A DNA stretch of 63,453 nucleotides, counting the filler, from Chiloscyllium plagiosum (lineage: Eukaryota), in the NCBI RefSeq assembly GCF_004010195.1. It is 4 parts of one record of this genome, joined end to end, with 100 filler letters (N's around TTAATTAATTAA, not from the genome) between each part and the next. Parts side by side here need not be neighbours in the genome. Positions count along the whole stretch, not along the records: positions 54,916 to 63,453 come from NC_057713.1; 3 more parts are not named here. One strand, given 5' to 3'. This document shows, one piece after another, positions 62,052 to 63,453 of this stretch; position 1 is the first letter of the stretch, and every line of letters starts with the position of its first letter. The position numbers and the translations under genes were made by a program. Below the pieces are notes generated by a model that saw only the letters and a list, made by a program, of their open reading frames with translations, had not been told where the DNA came from and did no database searches.

Positions 62052-63237
62052 AAGGGCGGGGGATGGGGGGGAGAGGGAGAGAGAGAGAGGGGAGGCAGGG
62101 CAGAGAATTAAAGTCTTCAAGCTTGTCTCCTTACCAGCTCAGAGACAACCAAATGCTGCTGCCCCATATCGAGTTACCAGCTGTACAGCAAATGTGTGTG
62201 CCTCTGCTACAGACCTGATCATACCACAGGTTCCACCATCAGGTCTCTCTGGACAGCCCTGTGCACACACCACTGCTCTGACAGAACAAAACCATACCGG
62301 ACTCAAACCGTGTACACAACCCAATTCTCCCTGTTTGCCAAATCTAGGGGAGCAGATCCGGGCTGACGTCGGAATTATTTCATGTTTAAATCAGGCAGCT
62401 GTTGACACCCCAGAATTCTACGTCATTGTGGAATGACAGACCCTGAGGGGATTTTAGTTTGGGTACAAGGGGGTTGCCAGCGAACCACAAACAAGAGGTT
62501 TGATAATCTTGCCAACAATCACCATCAAAAACTGCAGCTTGAGTTAACAGTTACAACTGAAACACCTGAAAGTGTTTGTGACAAACTGAGTGTCGTTTTG
62601 CTGGAGAGAGGGTGTCCGTGTGACTTACAATTACAGCCCGTGACCAGACTGAGTCCTGGGATTGACATAGGAAGAGGGACTGGATCAGTTAGGATTATGT
62701 TCACAGGGGTTTCGAAGGGTTGGGAGGGATCTCAGAGAAACCGAAAATATCCTAACAGGTTGAGACAGAATAAACACAGGAAGGATGTTCCTGGTGACGG
62801 GAGTCCAGAACCTGGGTGTCTAAGGATACAGGTTGAGATGAGCGTGGGGAGCCTGTGGGATTCTCTGCTACAGAAATATTGAATATTTTCAAGAAGGAGT
62901 TAGGTACGTTCTTAGGGCTTAACGGATCAAAGGGTCTGGGGGAGAAAATGGGAACAGGACTGAGTTGGAAGATCAGCTATGACCATTTGAATAGGGGAGC
63001 AGGTCCAAAGGGCCTGTTTTCTACATTTCCATGAATTGCTGAAATGAAACGAGTGAGTGAAGACGATCAGTAAGATGAAACACTCAATCGGTAACTCTCC
63101 GACTCAGTTCAGTGGCAGCTGGATCCACCTGCAGAGACAGTCACAGAACAGGCTGGAGTTGGAAATTCGGGACGATGCAATCCGACAGCGGTCAAGGGGA
63201 GCATTTCCACATCATCCAACAGCTGCCCATCTTCACT

Positions 63238-63453
63238 GCCAACCCCATCCCCAACGTCAACCCCATCCCCAATGTCAACCCCACCCCACCACCAATCCCA
63301 TCCCACCGTCAAGTCTATCCCCACCTTCAACCCCATCCCCACGGTCAACCCCATCTCATCCCCAACCCCATCCCCACCGTCAACTCCATCCCCACCCTCA
63401 ACCCCATCCCACCCCCAACCCAATTCCCACCGTCAACCTCATCCCCACCGTCA
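63238..63453. repeat. C-rich minisatellite, unit about 18 bp (CAACCCCATCCCCACCGT)
   Basis: Visible tandem units to the end of the window. Confidence 0.9.

Overview
Repeat-dominated, non-coding vertebrate DNA, most likely an intron or intergenic region of a shark. The organism is inferred from about nine copies of the elasmobranch HE1-type tRNA SINE and many CR1/HER1-like LINE 3' ends; family names are from memory, not a database search. I found no intact protein-coding gene. The ORF-track hits with recognisable protein motifs are decayed retroelement fragments: L1 ORF1p and ORF2p C-terminus, CR1/L2-group RT and endonuclease, and Penelope GIY-YIG. The most notable structures are: (1) about 20 short Penelope-pLTR-derived insertions, most of them palindromic, carrying minimal hammerhead-ribozyme cores (CTGAnGA...GAAA) and often 11-15 bp target-site duplications; (2) a 2.7-kb L1 with both ends and a TSD but no endonuclease or RT; (3) several local direct and inverted duplications that cross repeat boundaries; (4) a 13-bp TGACCT minisatellite; (5) unique islands that may be regulatory or contain small exons. 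Three 100-bp N-TTAATTAATTAA-N blocks are scaffolding linkers. Most element boundaries are approximate.
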